A DNA stretch of 46,055 nucleotides from a virus (IMGVR_UViG_3300027892_000051:1-46055), one strand, 5' to 3'. Shown: positions 1 through 8,796, counted from the first letter of the stretch. Program-made: numbers and translations. The notes: generated by a model from the sequence alone, not told the origin.

Positions 1-127
1 ATGAGCAGGGGTTGCTTTTTCTCATTGCCCCAACCATTTGCTGCCTTAAGTTAACAGTTGCCTTTGACGCCCAAGTCCAGACCGGGTATTGCACCGTTCC
101 TCAATGGGGCTGGATCAAGCATCCAAC
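1..127 (-). ncRNA. Candidate structured RNA downstream of the GIY-YIG gene (truncated at window edge)
   Basis: No ORF in the track. On the minus strand UUGGAUGCUUGAUCCAGCC (126-108) pairs with GGUCUGGACUUGGGCGUCAA (83-64) using several G-U pairs, and further helices follow. There is no U-tract, so it is not a simple terminator. Confidence 0.45.
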
Positions 128-139
128 ACAGAGTCGTGA

Positions 140-568
140 TTAAATTTTGTCTTTGATGTGTGAGCCATGCACACGTACTTGTATATGGCCGTTGTAATAA
201 TCTGTTGATTCTAATACTCGTCTTGCAAATTGTTCTCTTGCCTCAATGTATGAACATTCAGACTTTGATTTGCAATAGTAAAGTATTTCTCTGGAGAAGT
301 TTTCGGTGCCTAGTGTGATTACGTCTGCGGTTAATTCTGGGCTTGACCCGTAGTACTCACGCCAATCTGAATCGATCTTGGTTCGTATCTTTTTCCGCTT
401 TTTGATGCCGTTCTTTTGTTTTACTGTCTTGTACGTTGTTTTTGAAAATTTCGCTAATTTTTTGCCTATGTACTTGCGTCCAGATAGATTATTTGTGATC
501 TGATAAACAAATCCCACACATTCTTCGGGTAAAGTCTCAACTGGGGTGTCTTGATATTGCCATGTCAT
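140..568 (-). CDS. GIY-YIG family endonuclease (single-domain, Seg/DenA-like)
   Basis: GFVYQITNNLSGRKYIGKK GIY-YIG motif, followed by YYGSS, FSREIL, E and YYNG motifs typical of small T4-like phage GIY-YIG proteins. Confidence 0.85.
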   Translation of the reverse strand: MTWQYQDTPVETLPEECVGFVYQITNNLSGRKYIGKKLAKFSKTTYKTVKQKNGIKKRKKIRTKIDSDWREYYGSSPELTADVITLGTENFSREILYYCKSKSECSYIEAREQFARRVLESTDYYNGHIQVRVHGSHIKDKI

Positions 569-601
569 GTGAGTTTTGGGGAATTGCCTTTCGTGCTATA
601 G

Positions 602-1186
602 TTATGCCTTGTGTTCAAAGTTCACGTAAAAAGTTGCCTCTTCTATCACAGTATTTGGGGACACTGTGGTAGCGTATCGTATAAAATTGCTGATATCTGT
701 TAATGCTACACCGTTTCCAGTCCATGTGGGTCTGCTACGGCTTAGTTCTGTGTCCAATCGATCTGGCGTGATCAATGTGGTTCGGAATCGTACTAGATTC
801 TGTTTGAATGCGTGTGTGCCTTGTCGACTGGTATGACTCAAGGCTGCCTTGGCCACACGATAAGTTTCAAACCTGGGTTCAGGTGCCACAATGTGTTTTT
901 CACCTGTGGATCCAATGTTAAAAATCCAACCTGTCTTGCCAGCTGTTTTCCATGCGTCATACACAGCAAAATACAACTGCGCCTGACCAAAATTGGCCCA
1001 CAACTCCTGGGGCGGCCCGTCAAATGCATTGTTTACAAGCACATCATATTCCAAACTCAGGTCAGCAATTTCATGTGTATTGAGATTGATGTCAAATCCA
1101 TTGGCACGGCTGACACTATCAGCGCCAAATACATCCACTAAATGTTTGCCCAGTCCTCGATTACCACCTGTTACTAACATTTTCAT
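602..1186 (-). CDS. Short-chain dehydrogenase/reductase (SDR, Rossmann fold)
   Basis: VTGGNRGLG nucleotide-binding motif, VNNA, NIGS and YRVAK (YxxxK). Start moved to the ATG at 1186, which forms an ATGA overlap with the upstream stop. Confidence 0.85.
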   Translation of the reverse strand: MKMLVTGGNRGLGKHLVDVFGADSVSRANGFDINLNTHEIADLSLEYDVLVNNAFDGPPQELWANFGQAQLYFAVYDAWKTAGKTGWIFNIGSTGEKHIVAPEPRFETYRVAKAALSHTSRQGTHAFKQNLVRFRTTLITPDRLDTELSRSRPTWTGNGVALTDISNFIRYATTVSPNTVIEEATFYVNFEHKA

Positions 1187-2289
1187 CTTGTGGATCCTCC
1201 TTGATCCCATACTTTTGTAAACTGCTTGCCGCAAGTCATTGAGCATTCAAACAGGCTATTGTTGTTGGTGAATGAGGCCACAAGATCTGACCAGAAGTCA
1301 TTGGCAAATATTTCTGGCAATGTTTTGTGGTGTATATTCAAATTATCTAATCCATAACGTTCTAAAAACTCACGCACTTGATTTTTGCCGTTGACTGTGC
1401 TCAGTGGGTTTGCTCCAGGCAATGTGCCGTCTCTAAATCTTGCATCATACAAATTGTGATTGAAAAAATTACAAGGCAGCACAACCCCTTCAGCATTAAT
1501 GGCAACTTTTTTTCCAGCCAGTGCGTCACATTGTATTGGTGTGGTGTCAAAATATTCTTTGATATTGATGTATTGTTTCTTAATTTTGGGCAGGTGTTGC
1601 ATGCTACGATTTCTATAATGTTCATTGCTAGGCGGTTCCAACACATGGTCTGTACCAGCAATAGGCCAAAAATCTAGTTCGGTCATTGTGGCATGATTCA
1701 AAAATCTTCCTGTCTTACGGATCAGCACATTGTAGAAACCCATGTCCTGACCCAACTGCTGAACTTGTTCAACTTGATGTTCGTTGTGCCGGAACACAAT
1801 AAAATTCCATTGTGCTCGACCGCCAGCGTTGATAAATGCTTGAGCATTGGCAATTGCATTGTTGTATTTTACATTCTTTCTGTACAGATGTAAAGTGTCT
1901 GCCAACCCATCGATGCCAAAGTCTATCTGACCATGGCCATTCATGATAGTAGCTATCTCTGCCCAGTACTCATGATCATGAACCCCACCATTGGTGTGTA
2001 TGTACAACCACAGTGTGGGACTCTTACTTCTAAAGTCACGCAAGATGTCCAAGAAATCTGGATGCATGATAGGATCACCGTAACTGCCACAGAAAAACAC
2101 TTGTCGCAACCGCTGGCATAGTTCTGTGTCAAATGCCTGGTTAATTGTTGCCCGTGGCAAGTGTGTGAGTGGCATGTAGGGATTGATACCTGTTCCCAAG
2201 TTATTGCGAGGGCACTGAGGACAGGCAGCATTACAGTAGGTTGTAATTTCAATTTGATATTCGTCAATGGTATCAAAATCAAACAACAT
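1183..2289 (-). CDS. Radical SAM protein with C-terminal SPASM/twitch-like domain
   Basis: CNAACPQC (CxxxCxxC), GSYGDP, HTNGG, FGIDG, then C...INAEGVVLPC...CSMTC. Likely start at the ATG at 2289, overlapping the gp46 end. Confidence 0.85.
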   Translation of the reverse strand: MLFDFDTIDEYQIEITTYCNAACPQCPRNNLGTGINPYMPLTHLPRATINQAFDTELCQRLRQVFFCGSYGDPIMHPDFLDILRDFRSKSPTLWLYIHTNGGVHDHEYWAEIATIMNGHGQIDFGIDGLADTLHLYRKNVKYNNAIANAQAFINAGGRAQWNFIVFRHNEHQVEQVQQLGQDMGFYNVLIRKTGRFLNHATMTELDFWPIAGTDHVLEPPSNEHYRNRSMQHLPKIKKQYINIKEYFDTTPIQCDALAGKKVAINAEGVVLPCNFFNHNLYDARFRDGTLPGANPLSTVNGKNQVREFLERYGLDNLNIHHKTLPEIFANDFWSDLVASFTNNNSLFECSMTCGKQFTKVWDQGGSTR

Positions 2290-4042
2290 CCACGTCCGTA
2301 TTGTAACTGGTAAATCCATTTTCTTTCACAACACGCAAAATGTTTTCCACACGACTGGTAAGTTCATCTCTGTGCGACACAAGCCAAACGCTCTTGTTGC
2401 GTTCACGTGTCATCTTCTTCAACAGCGCCAGGGCATTCTCCACACCTTGTGTGTCCAAGCCAGAGTCAATCATTTCGTCAATGAACAATATGTTGATGGG
2501 TGAATACAAACTCTCCCATACATCACGGAATGCCCAGCTCATGCTGAGTATTAGCCTATTGCGTTCACCACGACTCAGATTGTCAAAGTCCAGTTCGCGC
2601 CCCAGTTCTTCAATGCTCACACTCAAGTCGTTCTGAAACTTTACTGTGTGTGGCAATCCAATTCTATCCAAGTACCAGGTGAGTCTTGCATTTAAGTAAC
2701 TCAAGTTCTGATCAATGATTTTTTTGCGAACAAATGAATCTTTGCTTGTGAGCAACTTCAACAAAAACTCTTGATGTTCCTGTACTCTAGTGAGTTCGTT
2801 CAAGTGATCATAGGTGACAGTTTGTAGAGCCTGGTGCTCCATGTCTGAGATTTGATCAGTGTAGGGATCTATTTCGGCCTGTTTGTTTTGAATTTGTTGT
2901 TGCAATGACTCCAGGGTGCTGCGATGTTTGAAAGCATCATCTTCGTTGTCATAGAACATCACAGGAGGTTTGCCCAGTACGCCTAGTTCGGTGTGTGCTG
3001 TTTGCAGTTCGGCCAATACGGCTGTGTGTGATACTACATTAGCATCAGCGTCAGATAACTCGCGTTTTTTATCTGCCAGCACCTTGGTGTGTTTGGTATC
3101 ATGAAACTCTTGTCCACAAGTGTGGCAAGTGTGTGCCTCTAAACTTTCAATTTCTTTCACAAGTTTGGCAATGGTTTTTTCTTCACGCTGAACATCCAAT
3201 TTGGTTCTACTGATTTGTGTGGCCAGATCATTTATGTCACGACGGCGTTGATCCCAGGCCGCATGTTGTTTGTGAGCGGCAATTTCCGCATCAATGTCTA
3301 TGTTTTGTAGCGATTGTAGTGCGGCATGTAGTCGACCAAGATCTTCTGCATGCTTGGTGGTCCACATGACGTGTCTGCGCTTTAAACTTTCGATCTGTTC
3401 TTCAATGCGTTTGTTGGCTTCTTGCACAGCACGTATTCTAAATTCTTCTGAGGTAATTGATTCTTTGGTGCCACGGTTAAGTTCTTTGATGCGGTCGGCA
3501 CGTTCGCTCAGCAGGGTGATGCCCAACAACTGCTCAATTATGGTGCGTTGATCATTGGCCTTTAAACTCAAGAACGGTTCTGTGTATGTGTTCAAAGCCA
3601 AGATGTGTTTGAACATGTCATGGCTCATGCCAAACACTGATTCAATGGCATCTTGTGTTTCGCGACTATCGCCTTGTGCATCGTCTGTGGCGGCGTGTTG
3701 TTTGCTGTCCACATAAAAGCGCAACACATTGGGTTTGCGCCCACGTTCAATCTTGTATGTTTTACCGTTAACAGCAAAGTCCAGACTCACCATCATGCCC
3801 TTGGCATTGGTCTTGTTCACCAGGTTGTCCTTGCGAATGTTGCTGAGTGCTTGTCCGTACATGGCATAACTCAGTGCATTGATGATCGTGGTCTTGCCTG
3901 TGCCGTTACGACTGCCATCGCCGCCCAAGTCCAAGTTCTCTCCTAGTACCAGCGTTAAGTCTTGACGATCAAAGTCAATGCCCTGTGTAGCATTACCCAC
4001 ACTCATGAAATTCTTAACAGTGAGATTTTTAATTTGAATCAT
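2279..4042 (-). CDS. gp46: Rad50/SbcC-like recombination ATPase (T4 gp46-like)
   Basis: Walker A NGTGKTT, coiled coil with CHTC zinc hook, signature LSRGE, Walker B/D-loop FIDEMIDSGLD and H-loop VSH. Confidence 0.95.
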   Translation of the reverse strand: MIQIKNLTVKNFMSVGNATQGIDFDRQDLTLVLGENLDLGGDGSRNGTGKTTIINALSYAMYGQALSNIRKDNLVNKTNAKGMMVSLDFAVNGKTYKIERGRKPNVLRFYVDSKQHAATDDAQGDSRETQDAIESVFGMSHDMFKHILALNTYTEPFLSLKANDQRTIIEQLLGITLLSERADRIKELNRGTKESITSEEFRIRAVQEANKRIEEQIESLKRRHVMWTTKHAEDLGRLHAALQSLQNIDIDAEIAAHKQHAAWDQRRRDINDLATQISRTKLDVQREEKTIAKLVKEIESLEAHTCHTCGQEFHDTKHTKVLADKKRELSDADANVVSHTAVLAELQTAHTELGVLGKPPVMFYDNEDDAFKHRSTLESLQQQIQNKQAEIDPYTDQISDMEHQALQTVTYDHLNELTRVQEHQEFLLKLLTSKDSFVRKKIIDQNLSYLNARLTWYLDRIGLPHTVKFQNDLSVSIEELGRELDFDNLSRGERNRLILSMSWAFRDVWESLYSPINILFIDEMIDSGLDTQGVENALALLKKMTRERNKSVWLVSHRDELTSRVENILRVVKENGFTSYNTDVDVV

Positions 4043-4085
4043 ATGTCGTTATTATACACGTATCCCATGGCTTTTGCAATCTCAA
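4016..4085. repeat. Imperfect direct repeat, copy 1 (gp46 promoter plus first 9 codons)
   Basis: aacagtgagatttttaatttgaatcat...ccatggcttttgcaatctcaa aligns with 5557-5624 (24/27 identical over the coding part). Confidence 0.8.
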
Positions 4086-5583
4086 AATGAGATTTAGCAA
4101 AATTTTGATTTCTTAAAGTATCAAAGTATTTGCACAATTCTAAAAATGCTCGACCGTCTGAATTGGGCACTGCATTAATGTAATTGATAATATTTTTTAT
4201 TTCTGGCCAAGGGTGATGTTGAAACTTTTCAAAAATTAACTGCTTGGCGTCAGCCGTGAGATTTTTAAGATCAAATCCTGCCGGATCTATTAGATAATTT
4301 GAATTAACCGAAACACCTAATTCTTTGGCCCACTGCAAAATTTCATCAAGATACAACACGTTCATGATACTGATGGTGGGCATGATACTGATACTGACAT
4401 TATCTAAGTTGAGGCCAATTAGTTTTTTGATATTTGATTCAACTTTTTGCCACGAGCCGCCACGCTCAAGTTCAAACCGAGCACCAATATTGTCGATACT
4501 AAATTGTATATCTACATGTTTAAATTTTTTCCAATACTCAATTTGAGCGTCAGGATAGATAGAACCGTTGCTGTTGTAATGCAAGCGCATTTGTGATGCA
4601 TACCCTTGTTCTACTGCTTGCTGGACCACATGCAACAAAGGTTTGATTAAAAATGGTTCACCTCCGTACATGTCTATGTTGGCTAAATTTGGTAACAACT
4701 TTACAATTTCGTCAATGGTCTTGGAATCAGATTCTGCCCAATTAAAACTTTCTATGGAAATAGATTTAAATAGGCTTACTTCTTGCGCAAACAAAGAACT
4801 GTTCGATGGGTCACAGATGCGGCATTTAAAATTACAGGTGTTGCCTGGCTTGAGATCCAGACTTTGTAAAGTGGGATGATCTAAGTCAGAGGTCAATAGT
4901 TCTTTTTTCCGAAGACGCATGTGATAAGATCGATTACTGGTCAATCCTTTTGATTCTGCAACCCAACATTTGTTACATCCACTGGGTTTTTGACCATTCA
5001 ACAAGTCTTGCCTTAAAGTTTGCATTTTGTTATGGTTAAAAGCAGCGGACAATGAGTCATTTTTTACATGTCCCACAATGTCAGTATGCACACAACAAGG
5101 GCGAATTTCTCCTGATTGCAAAACTTCAAGATGCGTCCACGGCTGTGGGCATAAAGTTTCCGAAACGACAAAATTGTTCTGTAAACTTTTGGTACTTTCA
5201 ATCATCACTTGTAATGATTGAAATGAATCTGTGAGGTTTAGAGTTGCAAGCTCTATTAGTTGTTGAGTAATGTCATGAGGGCTACATATCAACACAAAAT
5301 AATTTGATACATCAATTAACTTGGTAGCCTGATACAAATGAGTTAGTAGACTGTCTGATATAATTTCAGATGTGTAAAAAATCAAACGATCTTTATTGTT
5401 TAATTCTATCTGATGACAACGATCAAAGTATTTGTATGCATGAGTAGAAGAAGTAGTCAGATCTGCCAGATCAATAAAACATTTTAACTCATAAAGATTT
5501 ATTAGCGTGTTTTCTAACTGTGATATTGATATCATAAGTTTTGGTATATTTTCAACAACAGTGAGATTTTCAATATGGATCAT
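4039..5583 (-). CDS. Radical SAM protein with twitch/SPASM-like cysteine cluster N-terminal to the radical SAM core
   Basis: CPQPW...GEIRPCC...CNKCW precedes CNFKCRIC, GGEPF, YNSNGS and FSID. Visibly AT-rich. Confidence 0.85.
   Translation of the reverse strand: MIHIENLTVVENIPKLMISISQLENTLINLYELKCFIDLADLTTSSTHAYKYFDRCHQIELNNKDRLIFYTSEIISDSLLTHLYQATKLIDVSNYFVLICSPHDITQQLIELATLNLTDSFQSLQVMIESTKSLQNNFVVSETLCPQPWTHLEVLQSGEIRPCCVHTDIVGHVKNDSLSAAFNHNKMQTLRQDLLNGQKPSGCNKCWVAESKGLTSNRSYHMRLRKKELLTSDLDHPTLQSLDLKPGNTCNFKCRICDPSNSSLFAQEVSLFKSISIESFNWAESDSKTIDEIVKLLPNLANIDMYGGEPFLIKPLLHVVQQAVEQGYASQMRLHYNSNGSIYPDAQIEYWKKFKHVDIQFSIDNIGARFELERGGSWQKVESNIKKLIGLNLDNVSISIMPTISIMNVLYLDEILQWAKELGVSVNSNYLIDPAGFDLKNLTADAKQLIFEKFQHHPWPEIKNIINYINAVPNSDGRAFLELCKYFDTLRNQNFAKSHFEIAKAMGYVYNNDI
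4051..4079 (-). promoter_or_regulatory. sigma70-type promoter for gp46 (leaderless or near-leaderless)
   Basis: TTGCAA-17 nt-TATAAT, ending 8 nt before the gp46 ATG. It lies inside the 3' end of the upstream radical SAM gene. Confidence 0.7.
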
Positions 5584-5624
5584 ACGTTGATATTACACCC
5601 ATTCCATGGATTGTGCAAGCTCAA
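5557..5624. repeat. Imperfect direct repeat, copy 2 (promoter plus first 9 codons of the radical SAM gene)
   Basis: aacagtgagattttcaatatggatcat...ccatggattgtgcaagctcaa. Encodes MIHIENLTV versus gp46 MIQIKNLTV. Confidence 0.8.
5590..5618 (-). promoter_or_regulatory. sigma70-type promoter (leaderless)
   Basis: TTGCAC-17 nt-TAATAT, ending 6 nt before the ATG at 5583. Homologous to the gp46 promoter. Confidence 0.55.
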
Positions 5625-6691
5625 GGTAATTTAAAATCTTTGGTGCCAAGAAATTCAACTATTTTACGTATTTGTGATGCGTATTCGTTGGCAAAAGATT
5701 CTTGGAGGTACGGAACGTATGGATGATCGACTAAGTTTGAATAATCATATTGTATTCTATAACACAGTCTATTGGTGATACCTCCCAGTCTTCTATGAAG
5801 GGTAATACTGTTGTCAAACAAACATAAATCATTGTTAGTTTGGTACCAGTGATCGTATATGAATTTATTGACAAATAGTTCTTTGTTGATGCGTTCAAAC
5901 AGTCGTTGAGATTCGGCTGCACTCATACCTTGAATCTGGTCCATGGTATTTACACTGTAGTGAAGTCCTTTTATTCCTGCAGGACTTTGTATCACCAACG
6001 GAATAGGAATGTTATCCACAGGACACATGTTTTTATTCATAATAAAATCTTGTTCTAGTCGCAGTCCTGGATTGATTTTACCAGGTGTGAACTTGTGCAA
6101 AATAACCATGTTATCAAGTTCACTGCGAAAGCTCTCGCTTTGTTGTTCATACCAATCTGTAGTGGTCAAAAATCCAGTGGCACTGCCCACAACACCTTCC
6201 TTGGCCAACAATGACACACCTGGAGTGAATGCAAGATTTCCTGATTCATTGCTGTGCCACAGCAATTCGCCTTCGGCAAACATACCTTCGGCTTGACCCC
6301 GGTCATTGCGACGCCCAGTTACTTTTATTATTCCGTCAATGGCCTGACCGTTGTTGATCTCCATGAAACTCATTATATTTCTCATCCAAAGAATATCTTC
6401 TTGGTCTATACCTTGTGTGTCGCCATTGGCCACACGATCAAACAGTATGTCAAAGTTAGAAGAATACTTGGCAGATATTGTGTAACGATGTATGGCACGG
6501 TCCGTGCCCCATTTGCGCATGTAATCGCGGTATTTTTCTGGAGTGAGATTGACATTGCGTAAAATAGTCACAAGACTGGTCAAATGCAATCGACCAATTT
6601 CCATCCACTCTTCATCGGTAATGTGATCAAAATCAACATCGTCAACAAATACACCAAATCGTCCTAGTCCGGGTATCTTGCTAATTTTCAT
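5621..6691 (-). CDS. TauD/TfdA-family Fe(II)/2-oxoglutarate dioxygenase
   Basis: LxWH motif (WHSNE), T-x-F segment, IYDHWY, DLCLFDNSITLHRR (DN..HxR) and RLCYRIQ. Upstream RBS GGGAGA. Confidence 0.8.
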   Translation of the reverse strand: MKISKIPGLGRFGVFVDDVDFDHITDEEWMEIGRLHLTSLVTILRNVNLTPEKYRDYMRKWGTDRAIHRYTISAKYSSNFDILFDRVANGDTQGIDQEDILWMRNIMSFMEINNGQAIDGIIKVTGRRNDRGQAEGMFAEGELLWHSNESGNLAFTPGVSLLAKEGVVGSATGFLTTTDWYEQQSESFRSELDNMVILHKFTPGKINPGLRLEQDFIMNKNMCPVDNIPIPLVIQSPAGIKGLHYSVNTMDQIQGMSAAESQRLFERINKELFVNKFIYDHWYQTNNDLCLFDNSITLHRRLGGITNRLCYRIQYDYSNLVDHPYVPYLQESFANEYASQIRKIVEFLGTKDFKLP

Positions 6692-6806
6692 AAGTATTGT
6701 CTCCCTATATCAAATCTTTTTTGAACTTTTAGATATTTAAAATGATACACAATATATCGATATCTAATAATAAATCCAACTACGTATTGGTCGTTTGTGA
6801 ATGCTA

Positions 6807-7823
6807 TCATAAATTTTGATATATTTGTAACAACAACTTGTTGTCGTAAAACTCTGATTCGATGTTGGTCAGCTGATCTGTGACAATTTGATCCACAGAT
6901 TCAAATTTCACATCTCCGGGTGCCAGATCCACATCCACACCGGCGGTCTTGTTGGGTATCAAGGCCATCTCACGTAGGCTGTAATCTCGAATAAATGTTT
7001 CTTTGATAAAGTTGGCCTCTTCATAACTGATCTCAATGTCCAGGTTTACACGCACATGCATCCGGGGTGCAAGCAGTGTGGCTGCATTGTCAATAAGATT
7101 TGCAAGTCCGTGAACCCTGTATCGGGGTTGATCTGGCCAGGCATGATACTCGGGTTCCTTGCCCCATTCCAGAATCATCATGCCACGTGCATCATCTCCA
7201 GCATCAGCATAGTTATGTGGAAAGCAGTTGCCAATGTAGGTGATGTTGTTGGCAGTCTGCCGCTTGTGAAAGTGTCCAGTGAACACCTGATCAAATCCAC
7301 CAAAGTCTCCACGTTGTATTGTGCCATGATCTGGCATCTGTACCATGGCATTCATGTAGTAGCCAGGCAGTTCAAAGTGCCCAAACATATATTTACCCTT
7401 TAGTTTGGGAATACGCTTGTGGTCATCGCCGCATAGCCAAGGAGCAATAACAACGTCACCGTCACTGAACCAGTCATTGCAAATGTTAACTTTCGGCAAA
7501 TGTTTGGCCCACTCCACACTTTGAATATCTCGCTTGTCTCGATAATAAAGATCGTGATTGCCAGGAATAAAATATACCCGATCAAAGTTGTCATTCATGT
7601 GCTCCAAGGCCCGAAGACTATAACTCAGGGTAACTATATTTAAACTGGCCCTGTTGTTGTGCCAGTCGCCAAGAAACATGCAGGTTTCGCAGCCCTCTTC
7701 TCGAGCCTTGGCAGTGGCCCATTTGATAAAGTCCAAACAGTCATCGTTGTGTGTTTGACTGTTGGACTTCAACCCAAAATGTATGTCTGTGAAGACCGCG
7801 GCTTTTTTAAATAGATTAGTCAT
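6807..7823 (-). CDS. gp47: Mre11/SbcD-like metallophosphoesterase nuclease (T4 gp47-like)
   Basis: DIHFG, GDWH, GNHD, GHFE and GHFH phosphoesterase motifs; gp55-gp47-gp46 synteny. Confidence 0.95.
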   Translation of the reverse strand: MTNLFKKAAVFTDIHFGLKSNSQTHNDDCLDFIKWATAKAREEGCETCMFLGDWHNNRASLNIVTLSYSLRALEHMNDNFDRVYFIPGNHDLYYRDKRDIQSVEWAKHLPKVNICNDWFSDGDVVIAPWLCGDDHKRIPKLKGKYMFGHFELPGYYMNAMVQMPDHGTIQRGDFGGFDQVFTGHFHKRQTANNITYIGNCFPHNYADAGDDARGMMILEWGKEPEYHAWPDQPRYRVHGLANLIDNAATLLAPRMHVRVNLDIEISYEEANFIKETFIRDYSLREMALIPNKTAGVDVDLAPGDVKFESVDQIVTDQLTNIESEFYDNKLLLQIYQNL

Positions 7824-7829
7824 CTACCT

Positions 7830-7858
7830 AGTATACTACTCTTCGTAGGTGATTACAA
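7830..7858 (-). promoter_or_regulatory. sigma70-type promoter for gp47 (leaderless)
   Basis: TTGTAA-17 nt-TATACT, ending 6 nt before the ATG at 7823. Confidence 0.6.
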
Positions 7859-8732
7859 CCGGACCGGACATGGCTGCCATGCCAGCCTTGCCGGAGTTCT
7901 GTCGTGTCCATGAAGGATTGAGTCCATTCATTTCAAGAATGTCATCACGGATGTTTTGATTTTTCTTTTCAATGTTTAGGATGCGAGTAAAGCTGTTGGT
8001 GATGGCAGCAGTATAATATGCAAAAGGGTTCTGCGATTTTGATTCGTCAAATTGTAGTCCAATTTGGCTGAGTTGCAGTAGAGCTTGTCCGCGCATTTCT
8101 TCATTGTAAGTGTAGCCGCGCCAGTTTGATCGGGTGGCATAACGTTCACACAGTTTCATAAACATAGTGGCCAGTTTGCGTGTCATGTTGCCATGATCTT
8201 TAGAAAACTCACCTGTTTCTAAATCACCTCGCCAGTGACTCTTGCCTATTAGCACAGGCATTTTGTTTTCGTCTAATCTATAATGCCAGAACGGGGGGAA
8301 ATTCACTCGCATGTGCGTGGGATTCAGCACAACATCTTCAACTAAGTCTGCTAGTGGATCTTCCACTATGTCATCCAGGTCCAGGATGTCTTCAATCTTT
8401 TTCTTTTTGGCAGCAGTTTTTGGTATTTTCTTGGGAGCCATGGGTATGTGTTCCCAAGTCATAACACGGAAAACCACTTCCGTATTTGGTATTTTTTTGG
8501 GATCAATCACTAGACCAGTTTCACGCTTGTGACGATCAGCACGAACACGGCGTGCTTCGGCCACGGTCTTTTGATTGATTTTGTCCACTGAAGGAAGGAT
8601 CATGTCAAACTGATGATCAGTTGTTCTGTCTAGAAATGAGCAGTAGGTGTTTTTGCTTAGATGTATTTCTTTCAAGATGTCACGGTTGTTAAGGTAGTTG
8701 ACCTTGGCAGCGGGTTTTGCGATTAGTGTCAT
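7836..8732 (-). CDS. gp55: Late-transcription sigma factor (T4 gp55-like) with a long internal insertion
   Basis: N-terminal NYLNNRDIL and C-terminal NWRGYTYNEEM...FDESKSQNPFAYYT...NSFTRILNIEKK resemble gp55. It lies next to gp47, as in T4-like phages. Confidence 0.85.
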   Translation of the reverse strand: MTLIAKPAAKVNYLNNRDILKEIHLSKNTYCSFLDRTTDHQFDMILPSVDKINQKTVAEARRVRADRHKRETGLVIDPKKIPNTEVVFRVMTWEHIPMAPKKIPKTAAKKKKIEDILDLDDIVEDPLADLVEDVVLNPTHMRVNFPPFWHYRLDENKMPVLIGKSHWRGDLETGEFSKDHGNMTRKLATMFMKLCERYATRSNWRGYTYNEEMRGQALLQLSQIGLQFDESKSQNPFAYYTAAITNSFTRILNIEKKNQNIRDDILEMNGLNPSWTRQNSGKAGMAAMSGPVVITYEE

Positions 8733-8758
8733 CGGCGGGGTTCTCCAGATATGTACTT

Positions 8759-8786
8759 ATTGTAGCATGTTTACAACATTTGTCAA
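8759..8786 (-). promoter_or_regulatory. sigma70 promoter for the gp55-like gene
   Basis: TTGACA-16 nt-TACAAT with an extended -10 TG. GGAG RBS at 8743-8746. Confidence 0.7.
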
Positions 8787-8796
8787 CCTGATCTTA

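Noticed and set aside
106-139. GGGGCTG on the plus strand resembling a tmRNA or tRNA-Ala 5' end
   Set aside because: No matching acceptor stem, T-arm or CCA was found. It would run antisense into the GIY-YIG gene, and the G-U pairing favours the other strand.
6778-6815. Third AACTACG copy
   Set aside because: No TAAATA at the 16-nt spacing and no plus-strand gene downstream.
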